The notes: generated by a model from the letters alone, not told the origin. A stretch of 64,000 nucleotides of DNA from Nitrospirales bacterium (GCA_038200765.1 JBBRRK010000001.1:8975-72974); one strand, 5' to 3'. Positions 39,381-49,575 are shown, counted from the stretch's first letter. Translations and numbers: made by a program.

Positions 39381-39484
39381 AAAGCAGCAGAGACCCTTGA
39401 GACGTGACACGCCAAAGGTGAAAGGTTTCTGAGAAAGAGCACTCGGCAATCCTCCGTTTCACTTTTCACATCTCACCCTTTCAC
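39376..39484. repeat. F5 heptad element (site 1)
   Basis: GGTGAAAAG...GGTGAAAGG on the left. CGTTTCAC-TTTTCAC-ATCTCAC-CCTTTCAC on the right. Confidence 0.7.
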
Positions 39485-39537
39485 AATACTTGAGAGCAGA
39501 GCGAGAACGCCGTATAGGATGCCGCCGGCCAGCCCTA

Positions 39538-41022
39538 TCAGGCCGTTTGAAGATGAGTCCGCACTTCCTGCACGTAGGTCTTGAACGGATCCGGCATGAG
39601 GAAGGGCGCCTGGCCACGCAGTTGAAAGATCGACCAGTTGATCACGTATGAGGGAGAAAACCGTTCTTCTATCTTGGGATCGGCTTGTGCCTCCGGAGAT
39701 CCGCAAGCCAGCAAATGGCGAACAAGCTCGCCTCGTCCAAACGCTCTGGTGTTGCGCGGTGGATGGTCCATCGCCAAGGTAATCGCCTTGTCTGTAATGA
39801 GGCGTGGGACTCGCCCTTCTTCCATGAGGCCATAGTAGAGCCCCTTGCCTTGATGGAGATTGTGGTACTCCAGATCGAGACTCTTCAGCGACGGGTCTGC
39901 CCACGTCAGTTGCTCCGCCTCGCGAAAGGTTTCAAGCAGCCACAACTTCGAGGCCCAATCGACCCGGCCCACCAGCGCCTGGTAGTCCCCACGGAGATCA
40001 TGCAACACCTTTTCCCATTGATCCAGCACCCAATCGGTTTCGTCATCCTGCCCGCGATAGTGTTCTTGCGCCGCTGCAAGAAACGCTTCCTGAATGTCGA
40101 TTGCAGAGATCGACTTCCCTGATTGCAACTGAACGATCCATTGTCTGCTCTGATCCTGTGACAGTTCCTGCATGGTTTCGACTGGTTCATTGAGCTCAAG
40201 ATCGAGCGGCACATGGCCCTCTTCGATCAGTTGAAGGACGAGCCCCGTCGTGCCCAACTTCAAGGCCGTCGCCACCTCCGCCATGTTTGAATCGCCCAAT
40301 AGCAAATGAATGCGGCGGAATTGATTTGGGTCGGCCAATGGTTCATCTCTGGTATTGACGATCGCGCGATTCTGCTGCACCCATTCGAAGAAGTCATTCA
40401 CGATGTAATCGGCACGCTGAGAGATCTGAAACGGGAGGAACGCCTCCTGTCCGTAGCGACGGCTCACGCCTCGCGGCACAAGGAGTTGGTCCATCTGAAC
40501 CCAGCCGTCCTGAGGACCAGCCGCACCGATACGTCCGGCTCCTGTAAAGATCTGTCTAGTAACCAGGAAGGTCACAAAGGGTCCGAGGCCTCGGCGCGTA
40601 AAGGGAAAGCGCCGCGAGACAAGATAGTTCTCGTGGGACCCAAAGGTCGCATCGGTTTCATGATCCACATTGTTCTTGATCAACGACACTGTGTCGGCCA
40701 GCCCGAGGTCTTGAATCGCATCCTGCAGCAACTGATCGCCGGCGCGGTCTGCGGCCACCACATCGCTGAGCGATTCACACTCAGGCGAAGCCCATTCCAG
40801 GTGCCCCATATCGAGGTACATGCGCCCGGCATTGGTGAGAAATCCTCCGTTGCCAGGCGGTTCATCATGTCCCCGGTGATGGAGATCGAGAACACCTCGT
40901 CGTTGAACGTGAAAGAGATGGTCTCGAATCTTGTGGGCGAACCAGGTGGGAGAATGATCGGGCTGCTCTTGATTCACCAACAGTCCGTATTCGGTTTCAA
41001 GCCCAAAGATACGGTTCAACAT
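39538..41022 (-). CDS. pafA: Pup/UBact ligase PafA homologue
   Basis: MLNRIFGLETEYG, FLVTRQIFTGAGR and NTRDEP. The C-terminal part resembles PafA rather than Dop. ATG 41022 lies 1 nt after the prcA stop. Confidence 0.8.
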   Translation of the reverse strand: MLNRIFGLETEYGLLVNQEQPDHSPTWFAHKIRDHLFHVQRRGVLDLHHRGHDEPPGNGGFLTNAGRMYLDMGHLEWASPECESLSDVVAADRAGDQLLQDAIQDLGLADTVSLIKNNVDHETDATFGSHENYLVSRRFPFTRRGLGPFVTFLVTRQIFTGAGRIGAAGPQDGWVQMDQLLVPRGVSRRYGQEAFLPFQISQRADYIVNDFFEWVQQNRAIVNTRDEPLADPNQFRRIHLLLGDSNMAEVATALKLGTTGLVLQLIEEGHVPLDLELNEPVETMQELSQDQSRQWIVQLQSGKSISAIDIQEAFLAAAQEHYRGQDDETDWVLDQWEKVLHDLRGDYQALVGRVDWASKLWLLETFREAEQLTWADPSLKSLDLEYHNLHQGKGLYYGLMEEGRVPRLITDKAITLAMDHPPRNTRAFGRGELVRHLLACGSPEAQADPKIEERFSPSYVINWSIFQLRGQAPFLMPDPFKTYVQEVRTHLQTA

Positions 41023-41023
41023 C

Positions 41024-41854
41024 TCAATGCGCCACGACAGTGTGAAGCACCGTTGGCAGGAGGCGTACAAGGTCTGCCTGCTTAAGCGGCCGATACTTGG
41101 AGGTCCCGGGAGCCTGGCGCTCGAGGACCGCACATTCGATCATCCGTTCACCGGCAAGGCCCCGCACATGTGCGATCAAGGCGTCACGGCTTGGGATGGC
41201 GGCGGCCGATGAGCCTGCACTACTTGCCTGTGGCTTAGCCTCCGCCTGTTGATCTGCCTCATCCTGTTGATGTGCCAATGAACCGATCGCCCAGGCGCGC
41301 AAGCCCAGGTCCAACGCCTGTTCCAATGATAGCGGAGCCGGCTGTTGCTCCTTGAGATAGGCCAACATCTTCGCCTGAACAGTCTGAGTGGCGGCTAGAA
41401 CCGCACGACCCGTCGTTTCCTCAAACGTCCCATCGTAGTTGATCGTCAGGAGAGCATCCTTTTCCGGCTTCTGCCCCAACTCGGCCACCAGAATGCGCAC
41501 GATGAACGGCGCCTTATACACTTCTTCAAAGGCCTGCTTAATCACCGGGGCAATGCCGTATTTCACCAGTCTCGACCCCGTGACGTCCGATGGTGAACGG
41601 TTAAATCCCTCGACATGGGCCATTTCCAGCAGACTGAAACGAAGCTTTTCCAAATCTGTGGGGTGACCCATCCCGCCCAACGCCAGTCGGTCGTAGATCT
41701 CATAGAGCTTCGGAGTCCCTTTGCTCACCGTCGTCAGAAGAATGCCCCCATCATAGGTCAAGGCAACGACCGGGCTCCCCTGCTTGAACTGTTCGTCGAG
41801 ATACTGTCGCCGATTGCCAACCGCTTCCACCCAGCGATAAGGCTCTTCATACAT
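41024..41854 (-). CDS. prcA: proteasome alpha subunit
   Basis: Proteasome-fold pattern and position between prcB and pafA. ATG 41854 overlaps the end of prcB by 8 nt. Confidence 0.8.
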   Translation of the reverse strand: MYEEPYRWVEAVGNRRQYLDEQFKQGSPVVALTYDGGILLTTVSKGTPKLYEIYDRLALGGMGHPTDLEKLRFSLLEMAHVEGFNRSPSDVTGSRLVKYGIAPVIKQAFEEVYKAPFIVRILVAELGQKPEKDALLTINYDGTFEETTGRAVLAATQTVQAKMLAYLKEQQPAPLSLEQALDLGLRAWAIGSLAHQQDEADQQAEAKPQASSAGSSAAAIPSRDALIAHVRGLAGERMIECAVLERQAPGTSKYRPLKQADLVRLLPTVLHTVVAH

Positions 41855-42620
41855 AGCGCACCACCTGTGATTCATAGAGAGGTTTCAATGTCGCATCCTG
41901 GACCGTCTGCACACCGGCCACGCTAATCAGCTTGATCACAGGGTAGAGACTCGCCTCCCGATTGACACCACCGGTCGCCGAGTCGAACTCTGCTGCGCTC
42001 GTGAGCAATCGTAAGGCCTGAACCATAGCCTGTTCTTCTGACAGCATATTTAGGGGCTGCTCGCCCCACGTATTCAGATAGTGCAAGATCCCTCGGATCG
42101 TGGGGGAACCGGACCCGGATACGGCAAATTCCACGCCTTCAAACTCCGCCCCGAGGATATCGTAAAAATAGATCTTGGCCGAGCCATGCTCCAGATCGTA
42201 GCCGGCAAACACCGGAACCACCGCACCCGTCCCGGCCAACGCCGCAGGCACATTGTCTTTCAAGAGCTTAGAAACCGCCCGCAGCTTGCCATCGAAACTC
42301 AATTCTTGCAGCTGCGTCCTTCTGTAATATTTGAAGGAATGTTCCAGGATGCGCACCATTTCGTACGCCGTCGCCGGGACACCGGCAATCGCCATCACAC
42401 TGTGCCGATCGATCTCCAACACCTTGTCCGTGCGATCGTACATCACCATATTGCCGGCGGTCGCGCGACGATCTCCAGCCACCAATACGCCATCCCGATA
42501 CTTGAAGGCTAGAATCGTGGTGGCATTCGTCAATGCATGGCCAGTCCCCACCGCCGTCGGTGCACCGAGTGTGTAGCCCTGTTCCTTCAATAGCTGAAAA
42601 AAATCCCCTTGCATCCCCAT
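41847..42620 (-). CDS. prcB: proteasome beta subunit
   Basis: A propeptide, then TTILAFKYRDGVLVAGDRRAT (N-terminal nucleophile Thr context). Confidence 0.85.
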   Translation of the reverse strand: MGMQGDFFQLLKEQGYTLGAPTAVGTGHALTNATTILAFKYRDGVLVAGDRRATAGNMVMYDRTDKVLEIDRHSVMAIAGVPATAYEMVRILEHSFKYYRRTQLQELSFDGKLRAVSKLLKDNVPAALAGTGAVVPVFAGYDLEHGSAKIYFYDILGAEFEGVEFAVSGSGSPTIRGILHYLNTWGEQPLNMLSEEQAMVQALRLLTSAAEFDSATGGVNREASLYPVIKLISVAGVQTVQDATLKPLYESQVVRYV

Positions 42621-42726
42621 TTTTACCTCGTTAGACGTGAGTCGTAAAACGTGAAAGGTTTTCGAATACGAGCGTATGAATCACCGCCGCCCTGACCTCT
42701 CAGATTTCACCTTTTACCTGTTACGC
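42621..42726. repeat. F5 heptad element (site 2)
   Basis: GTAAAACGTGAAAGG...ATTTCACCTTTTAC. The arms are complementary at 12 of 13 positions. Confidence 0.7.
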
Positions 42727-42727
42727 T

Positions 42728-42922
42728 TTATTCTCCCGTCCGTTGCCGATACCGTTCCGCCTGCTTTGGATCGACCTTACGCATACGCTTGAGCAAATTG
42801 TCCTTGTCGGGGGATCCGGGCTCAGGCCGTTTCGGCCCTCCGCCCTCATCGGACGGACTCGGGGCCTTTGGCATCGGATTGCCTGGCCCTTCCCGTCGTT
42901 CCGGCATCGAGATGTAGTTCAT
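42728..42922 (-). CDS. ubact: prokaryotic ubiquitin-like modifier (Pup homologue of the UBact type)
   Basis: 64 aa from ATG 42922, with AAGGAG 8 nt upstream. Pro/Gly/Glu-rich and apparently disordered. Ends RYRQRTGE (C-terminal Glu). Located between dop and prcB. Confidence 0.75.
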   Translation of the reverse strand: MNYISMPERREGPGNPMPKAPSPSDEGGGPKRPEPGSPDKDNLLKRMRKVDPKQAERYRQRTGE

Positions 42923-43080
42923 GATCGAGACTCCTTTCCTCTGTTCCATGCGTTCAGCGCATCCATCGGGGATGCCGCGCTCTCGAATATCTCGGCACAG
43001 GCTTGCACCGCCTCTGGCTCGAAGAGGTCGCCCATCTCTAATGTCCGAGGAAGCAGCCCACCGCTGAACTGAATGCGTTC

Positions 43081-44445
43081 CTATTGCATCGATTTGATCT
43101 GATCTGGAAACCGTCTGATGCAGAGGCCGCGAATCCCTCCGCGAGTATCAACCGGACCAGCCAGTAAGGCTGATTCCACATCTTGCTCTGACGTCATCCG
43201 CCAAGCCTTTCCCTCAGCCTCAAGCCCCAGGAAGAGCCCGCGATCAGGATTTACATTATGGTATTCCAAGTCCAAACTCGCCAGCCAGGGATCATCCCAG
43301 CCAATCTTCTCTTCCTGCATAAAGGTTTCCAACAGCCACAGCTTGGTCACCCAGTCGAGCTTCCCAACCAGTTGTCGTCGATCGCCGGTGAGTAACCGGA
43401 GCGTGGCGGCCCATTCGTGAAGTATCCAATCGGTCTCTGCGTCAGCACCGGCTAAATGCTTCTCGGCCGCGAGGTAGTACTGCCCTTGAATATCGAGGCC
43501 CGTGATGGTGCGGCCGTTCTTCTGGCGAACCGTCGCCTTCAGTTTCTGATCGCGAGAGAACTGCTTCACCGCCGTGACGGGATGTTCCAATTCAAGAACT
43601 GGGGCAACGTCGCGCGCGATTAATTCCAGTGCCAATTGCGTCGTCCCAACTTTCAGCGCCGTGCTGTACTCGCACATATTGGCATCGCCGATGATGAGAT
43701 GGAGCCGCCGATATTTTTCCCGAACCGCATGTGGTTCGTCCCTTGTATTCAGAATCGGCCGGTTGTGCATGGTGTCGACGCTCAATTCCGTCTCCATGAA
43801 GTCGGCTCGTTGAGAAAGCTGATAGTGGCCCGGCACGAATGCACTCTCTTGACCTTCCACCCCCACTTTCCCGGCACCCGCAATGACTTGGCGGCTGACA
43901 AGAAACGGCAGCAGCCCCGCAGTCAGCACAGGAAAGGAAATCGAGCGAGCAATAAGATAGTTATCGTGACAGCCATAACTGTGTCCGTGGAAATCCGTGT
44001 TGTTTTTATAGAGCTGCACATGCGGCCCGCCGATCGTCTGGTTGCGCCGCTCCGCCGCCCGCTGGGCAATGCGTTCTCCAGCACGGTCATGTGCCAGGAT
44101 ATCTAAGAGCGTTCGGCATTCGGGCGTGGAATATTCGGGATGTGTATGATCGTTATAGAAGCGTGCACCGTTCGGAAGGACGAGATCGCTCTTCATCTCA
44201 TGAAACGAAAACGGCCGATGGGCATCGACCTTGGCAAACTCGTCTTCTTCTTTATCCTGTTGCAGACCGGAGACTCGAAATCCTCGTGCATCCTCGTGCG
44301 GATCTTCACCACCATAGTCCCAGCGCCGCTCAAACGAGGCAGTCAGATGAGCCCGCACCAGTTCCATTGATTCCACGACCGGATCGACCAAATCCTGGTC
44401 TTCCCTCGTAATCCCATATTCCGTTTCGATGCCGTAGAGTCGCAT
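43081..44445 (-). CDS. dop: Dop homologue (depupylase/deamidase family)
   Basis: MRLYGIETEYG, Dop-loop-like RWDYGGEDPHEDARGF, PFLVSRQV, NTRDEPHA. Confidence 0.8.
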   Translation of the reverse strand: MRLYGIETEYGITREDQDLVDPVVESMELVRAHLTASFERRWDYGGEDPHEDARGFRVSGLQQDKEEDEFAKVDAHRPFSFHEMKSDLVLPNGARFYNDHTHPEYSTPECRTLLDILAHDRAGERIAQRAAERRNQTIGGPHVQLYKNNTDFHGHSYGCHDNYLIARSISFPVLTAGLLPFLVSRQVIAGAGKVGVEGQESAFVPGHYQLSQRADFMETELSVDTMHNRPILNTRDEPHAVREKYRRLHLIIGDANMCEYSTALKVGTTQLALELIARDVAPVLELEHPVTAVKQFSRDQKLKATVRQKNGRTITGLDIQGQYYLAAEKHLAGADAETDWILHEWAATLRLLTGDRRQLVGKLDWVTKLWLLETFMQEEKIGWDDPWLASLDLEYHNVNPDRGLFLGLEAEGKAWRMTSEQDVESALLAGPVDTRGGIRGLCIRRFPDQIKSMQ

Positions 44446-44457
44446 GGTTTATTAGGC

Positions 44458-44530
44458 GTGAACGGTGAAACGTGAAACGAGAGAAGTCACAAAATCTGAG
44501 ACCGGAAATCTGCACATTTCACGTTTTCAG
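44458..44530. repeat. F5 heptad element (site 3)
   Basis: GTGAACG-GTGAAAC-GTGAAAC...ATTTCACGTTTTCAG. Overlaps the mpa stop codon. Confidence 0.7.
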
Positions 44531-46284
44531 ATAATTTGGTTGATCAATCGCTCTTCGGACTGCCGCCCTCTTCGGAACGACGAGACCCCGACCACCTGCT
44601 CTGGATGATGATCGAGGAGCTTGAGCCATTCTTCCGCCGCATCGTCTGGCGGCAACATCTCACCCTCTCGAAACTCTGAGTGGACGGCATCCACCAAATC
44701 GTCCAAGACCATACCGCCTTGCTCCGCCCCACCGGTCGCAATCATGCGATCGATGGCCTGTTCCTTCGCCCGTTGTACGATCGAAGCCAGGATCGCACCG
44801 CTGATCAGATCGCTCCGATAGAGAACCTTGTTCTGTCCACTCCTGAGCCTGATCGACAGGAGTCGATTCTCATCGATCCGTGAGAAGATCGCAGAAAGCG
44901 CATGTTCGACAAGGTCGGCACAGGCCTTCTTCCGATCTCCGCCATGCTGATCGATCCATTGCCGGTCCAGCGGCAGATCATCCGTGAGATACACATTCAG
45001 AATCGCTGCCGCCGAGTCACGATTGGGGCGGCTCACTTTGATCTTGCGATCGATACGGCCTGGTCGCAGCACGGCCGGGTCGATGAGATCGGGACGGTTC
45101 GAAGCCAGAATGATCACCACGTCGCGCAGCGACTCGATCCCGTCCATCTCGGAGCAGAACATCGGCACCAGGGTGCTGGAGATGTTGAATGACCGAGAGG
45201 CCCGTCTCGTGCCGAGAACCGATTCCGCCTCGTCGACAAAGATAAAGGGCAACGCGCCCTCTTTCCTGCGGGCACGAGCCTGGGCGAAAAGATCCCGGAC
45301 CATCCGTTCCGACTCCCCCAACCACATATTCAGAATCTCCGGTCCCTTGATGTGGAGGAAGGCTCCATGAGTCACTGGCGCCTTGTCCCCCTTCGCGCCG
45401 GAGGCTTCCTGGGCCGATTCTCCCACCAGCTTTGAGAGACTGGCGGCTGCCGCTTGTCCAATCAAGGTCTTGCCGCAGCCGGGAGGGCCATAGAGCAGGA
45501 ATCCCTTGGGTTGAGTGAACTTGAAGCGCTGAAATGTGCTCGCATGGAGCAGAGGAAACTCGATGGCTTTCTGAATAGCGGCGATCGCCTCCGTTTGCCC
45601 GCCGATCTGCTCCCATGTGACAGTGGGAACCTCGTCAAGCAAGTGAGACTTGGCTTTCCGATCTTCCAATTTCTCAATCGCCACGTGGAGGCTGGGCTCA
45701 ATGCGCACCTCATCGCCGGCCTTGAGGTCCACGCCGACGAGATCGCTCGATCGTTGAAGGATCAAGACCTGCCGCCCCATCTCCTGCTCGAAACGAAGCC
45801 GCCCATCGGCCAACGCTTCCGCCACTTTTAACACAGGCCCATTACGGTCATAGCCCAATACCTTAATCACCGCGTACGCTTCGTTTACCAGAATCTGGGC
45901 GCCGATCTTGAGCTCGACGACCTCCACCCGTGGATCGACCGACGCATAAAACTCAGCGCCCCCCACCAGAATCCGTGAAAGGCCTTCACCCGGCACCCCA
46001 AGTAGGGTACCGACCCGATTGGCCGGCGCCGTGAGCTTCGCGATCACGTCGGCGACTTTCTTGAATTCAACCTCGCGCTGTTGCTGCGCCGCTTGCCCAA
46101 GAATCACAGCATGGCGCAACTTGTAGAGGATCTTCTGTCTGGGGTCGCTGTCGGGAAATAAGGTAAGACATTGCTCAATGAGATCAAGGGGGTCGGATCC
46201 CATACGCGTCGACGGATTCCCATCATCTGCCGTCTTCCCCTTGGGTCCTGGGTCCTGTGGTTCAATGGGTCGGCGATCGCTCAT
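44527..46284 (-). CDS. mpa: proteasome-associated AAA+ ATPase (Mpa/ARC)
   Basis: Coiled-coil/OB-like N-terminus and Walker A GPPGCGKT. 585 aa from ATG 46284. Confidence 0.85.
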   Translation of the reverse strand: MSDRRPIEPQDPGPKGKTADDGNPSTRMGSDPLDLIEQCLTLFPDSDPRQKILYKLRHAVILGQAAQQQREVEFKKVADVIAKLTAPANRVGTLLGVPGEGLSRILVGGAEFYASVDPRVEVVELKIGAQILVNEAYAVIKVLGYDRNGPVLKVAEALADGRLRFEQEMGRQVLILQRSSDLVGVDLKAGDEVRIEPSLHVAIEKLEDRKAKSHLLDEVPTVTWEQIGGQTEAIAAIQKAIEFPLLHASTFQRFKFTQPKGFLLYGPPGCGKTLIGQAAAASLSKLVGESAQEASGAKGDKAPVTHGAFLHIKGPEILNMWLGESERMVRDLFAQARARRKEGALPFIFVDEAESVLGTRRASRSFNISSTLVPMFCSEMDGIESLRDVVIILASNRPDLIDPAVLRPGRIDRKIKVSRPNRDSAAAILNVYLTDDLPLDRQWIDQHGGDRKKACADLVEHALSAIFSRIDENRLLSIRLRSGQNKVLYRSDLISGAILASIVQRAKEQAIDRMIATGGAEQGGMVLDDLVDAVHSEFREGEMLPPDDAAEEWLKLLDHHPEQVVGVSSFRRGRQSEERLINQII

Positions 46285-46346
46285 TAGTGGTCCTCTCATG
46301 CGGAACAGATGGATGATCCTACCATAGCGACCGCACGGATTGCCGA

Positions 46347-47468
46347 TCAATTGACGGCTTGGAGGGTCACGGTTACACGCTCGTGGCGGGTCCCCCGTAG
46401 GATTTCAACCGCGACCTGATCGTTGACTTTGTGCCGTTCCATCACATCCATCAATTCATCCAGGGTTCTGACTGGCTTGCCGTCGACCGCCGTGATGATG
46501 TCACCCAATTCCACCCGCCCGGCGACAGTCTCACGTGCACCCTTCAAGCCGGCCTGCTCCGCCCCACTGCCACGCGACACCTTCCCGATAATCAGCCCCT
46601 TCACTCCCCAACGCTTGGCCATCGCATCGGGAACGAGCGAGACTCCGAGCCCCGGACGGATAAGTTTCCCGTACTTGATCAACTCTGGGACAATACGGTT
46701 GACCGTGTCGACCGGCACGGCAAAGCCGATTCCCGCGAAGGCCCCGCTCGGACTGACAATCTGCGTATTGACCCCGATCAATCGACCGGCACTATCAAGC
46801 AGCGGGCCGCCGGAGTTTCCAGGATTGATGGCCGCATCGGTCTGAACGACCCCTTCAATCGTCCGGTTCGACAAGGACTTGATCGTCCGCCCCAAGGCAC
46901 TCACCACGCCGGTCGTCAACGTATGATCGAGGCCGAACGGATTCCCAATAGCCAAGACTTTCTGTCCGACGCGTAAATCATGCGACGTCCCGATGGTGAG
47001 GGGCGAGAGAGACTCTTCAGGTGCACGAATCTGCAGCACAGCCACATCATGATCGGGATCAGCGCCGATGAGCGTGGCCTTATGCTCCGTCCGGTCTGCC
47101 AACATCACGGTGATCGAGTTCGCCCCGTAGACGACATGAAAGTTGGTGACGATGTGCCCCTGTTTGTTCCAGATGAATCCTGTCCCGGAACCTTGCGGAG
47201 CCTCAAAAAGATTGAACGACCAGGGATCTCGTCGAATCGCCGTATTCGCAATGAAGACGACGGATTTCGTCGCCCGCTCGAACACGGCCATTGTGGCCCG
47301 CTCATCGGCGCCCAACTCAGCGGGCGAAGGCGTCACGACGCGCGGTTTCCCCTCAGGGCCATCGTAGGCCCCACCCAGCGGCTTCCCCCACTCCGCCATC
47401 GAGAAGGCAGGCCAGAGGCTGATGAGCAGGAATCCCGCTGTAACGACAGGCCCCCTCATCGCAATCAT
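46347..47468 (-). CDS. htrA: HtrA/DegP-family serine protease with PDZ domain
   Basis: TNFHVV and GNSGGPLL. C-terminal PDZ-like region. Signal peptide present. Confidence 0.85.
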   Translation of the reverse strand: MIAMRGPVVTAGFLLISLWPAFSMAEWGKPLGGAYDGPEGKPRVVTPSPAELGADERATMAVFERATKSVVFIANTAIRRDPWSFNLFEAPQGSGTGFIWNKQGHIVTNFHVVYGANSITVMLADRTEHKATLIGADPDHDVAVLQIRAPEESLSPLTIGTSHDLRVGQKVLAIGNPFGLDHTLTTGVVSALGRTIKSLSNRTIEGVVQTDAAINPGNSGGPLLDSAGRLIGVNTQIVSPSGAFAGIGFAVPVDTVNRIVPELIKYGKLIRPGLGVSLVPDAMAKRWGVKGLIIGKVSRGSGAEQAGLKGARETVAGRVELGDIITAVDGKPVRTLDELMDVMERHKVNDQVAVEILRGTRHERVTVTLQAVN

Positions 47469-47887
47469 TCACCCATGATTTGGATAATGACTTCCCTGAT
47501 CCTGGATCTGGTATCGAAATCGACAAGCACAATCTGCTGCCAGGCCCCCAGCAACAGCGCTCCGTCCAGGAAAGGAATGGTCACCGACGGCCCTTGCAGC
47601 TGACCGCGCAAGTGGCTGTGGCCATTGTCTTCACCGGCATTTCGCGTATTGTGCTGCCATGCAGGATCGGCCGGGACAGTCCGCTCCCAGAACGCTTTGG
47701 TATCGGCCCTAATACCAGGTTCATCCTCGATGATCATCACCGATGCCGTGGTATGTTTGACGAATACGGTCACGATCCCGGCCAACAGCCTGGTCCCAGC
47801 CAGGGCGTCGACCACGGACTTCGTGATATTTTCGATCTGCGTGTCCCCCTGCATGGTGAGACGCAACGACACCGTTTTCACCGCCAT
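47465..47887 (-). CDS. yjbQ: YjbQ/UPF0047 family protein (secondary thiamine-phosphate synthase type)
   Basis: KHTTASVMIIEDE and NGHSHL. ATG 47887 lies directly after the upstream stop. Confidence 0.75.
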   Translation of the reverse strand: MAVKTVSLRLTMQGDTQIENITKSVVDALAGTRLLAGIVTVFVKHTTASVMIIEDEPGIRADTKAFWERTVPADPAWQHNTRNAGEDNGHSHLRGQLQGPSVTIPFLDGALLLGAWQQIVLVDFDTRSRIREVIIQIMGE

Positions 47888-47888
47888 C

Positions 47889-48755
47889 TTATGACTCCAT
47901 CGCTCTGAGCGCTCGTCGCTCGCCCTGCGTATAGGCACAACCACGAGCCTCCTCCAGAATGGCATCGAACTCGCCTTGCGCCGTCAATCGGCGTAGCGCC
48001 CCCATCACCGCGCCACTCAAGATGCCGTCCTGCTGCAGTTTCTCCAAATAGGCGAATGCATCTATCAACGTTTCTTTCTTCCGCACATAGTAGTCCCGTC
48101 CACGACGGTGATTGCTATAGGCTTCAAACTGTTCGCAGGCAACAAGAATCTCCGCCAACTGCTTGACCCAGGGCTTGGCCGACGCCAGCTTCTCTGGATA
48201 ATAATAATAGAGCATCACCTGCTGCATCCACGGCGCCCAGGCCACCCCCATCTTCTTGATAGCGGGTCGTACCAAACGTAGCCGACGGGCCAACCGACGC
48301 GAATAGCCCAGCCGCATCTCGACCTGCTCTTTGGCCCAAGCGGTTATCGGAATCCCATCGGCTTCCAACTCATGTCGGTATTGTCGGAGAAACGCTTCGG
48401 TTTCTCGCCCGTAGGTCGTCGCTGGATGGAGGACTCTCCACTCACGCGGTCTGGTCGGAATGCCGTGCTCCTTTGCCCAGGACCAAATTTTTCCGAAGAG
48501 TCGGCGATCGAGCCCCGCACGGCCCAAGTCATGCAGCAGACACGCGATCTGATACTGACGGACCCGCTCGGCTCCATGGCCCAGCGCCGTGGCCACCGCT
48601 GCGCACATGCGCGCAGTCCGCACCGCATGGGGCCGATCATACCCGCGAATGATGCGACCGCGCTGTACGGGATGCGGATAGTCGTAGAGCGCCATGAGTT
48701 GCGTCAGGAGAGACCGTGGAACCAGGAGCGGAGCACGTCGTAAAATGGATGTCAT
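47889..48755 (-). CDS. HD-domain protein
   Basis: CLLHDLGR motif. ATG 48755 preferred over the longer track ORF. Confidence 0.55.
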   Translation of the reverse strand: MTSILRRAPLLVPRSLLTQLMALYDYPHPVQRGRIIRGYDRPHAVRTARMCAAVATALGHGAERVRQYQIACLLHDLGRAGLDRRLFGKIWSWAKEHGIPTRPREWRVLHPATTYGRETEAFLRQYRHELEADGIPITAWAKEQVEMRLGYSRRLARRLRLVRPAIKKMGVAWAPWMQQVMLYYYYPEKLASAKPWVKQLAEILVACEQFEAYSNHRRGRDYYVRKKETLIDAFAYLEKLQQDGILSGAVMGALRRLTAQGEFDAILEEARGCAYTQGERRALRAMES

Positions 48756-48927
48756 TCGTGGTGGCAGTGGAAGGGTTGCGTACAACTCCAATTGCGGCGA
48801 GAATAGCGTTCGTGGAAAGGGCCTGTCAAGATGACCTACCGCGCAGAAGACTCGCTCAACCCAACGATCTTTGCTATGCTCGGGCGAGTTGGGGGCGATG
48901 CGCCTTTCACAATCTGGGGAAGCCACC

Positions 48928-49575
48928 ATGACGAGAAATCGAACGCGCGGGCGACTGAGCATTGCCGTCATCCTACTCGGTCTGTTGTGGCCGATGGTCC
49001 CAGAAGGCCGTGCCGGGCAGCTGGATCAACTCACCGACCTGACCGGCAAGACTACCGTCGTCGTCACCCTCAAAGGGCGGGATAACTTTACGAGCGAATA
49101 CCGCTACGATGTCAGTGTCAGAAACCACTCGTCCGATGTGCTGATTGCCGACTCACTGGTGATCGTCCTCGATAAGATTACCAACCTTGCTGGTCAAGAC
49201 CGAGAAGGGTTAACAGGGGAATCCTTCCTCGGGCGGTTCGATATTTTGGGTCAAGACGGCGAAACCGATGACGCCAAACCATTTTTCCGCGTTCCAGTTG
49301 GCCAGTCCAAAGACCTCGACTCGCTTGCTGACAGCCTCCCGGCCACCGTGCGCCTCAGAAACAAGGACTATGTCTCGGTCTTTACGCCTTTCTTTAAAGT
49401 GCTGGGGGAAAAACGTCCGCCGCCTGAGCCAAAACAAACCCAAGCAGCAGCCCCGGTTCAGCCGGGAATCACTCCGCCCCCGCCCAATCATCACTCCGTC
49501 GACAAGCTGATTCAGTTGTTGATCAAAAAAGGCGTGGTCACTGAAGAAGAATGGCGGAAGGCCAACCAGCCATGA
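48928..49575 (+). CDS. secreted hypothetical protein
   Basis: Signal peptide MTRNRTRGRLSIAVILLGLLWPMVPEGRA. No domain recognised. Confidence 0.55.
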   Translation: MTRNRTRGRLSIAVILLGLLWPMVPEGRAGQLDQLTDLTGKTTVVVTLKGRDNFTSEYRYDVSVRNHSSDVLIADSLVIVLDKITNLAGQDREGLTGESFLGRFDILGQDGETDDAKPFFRVPVGQSKDLDSLADSLPATVRLRNKDYVSVFTPFFKVLGEKRPPPEPKQTQAAAPVQPGITPPPPNHHSVDKLIQLLIKKGVVTEEEWRKANQP

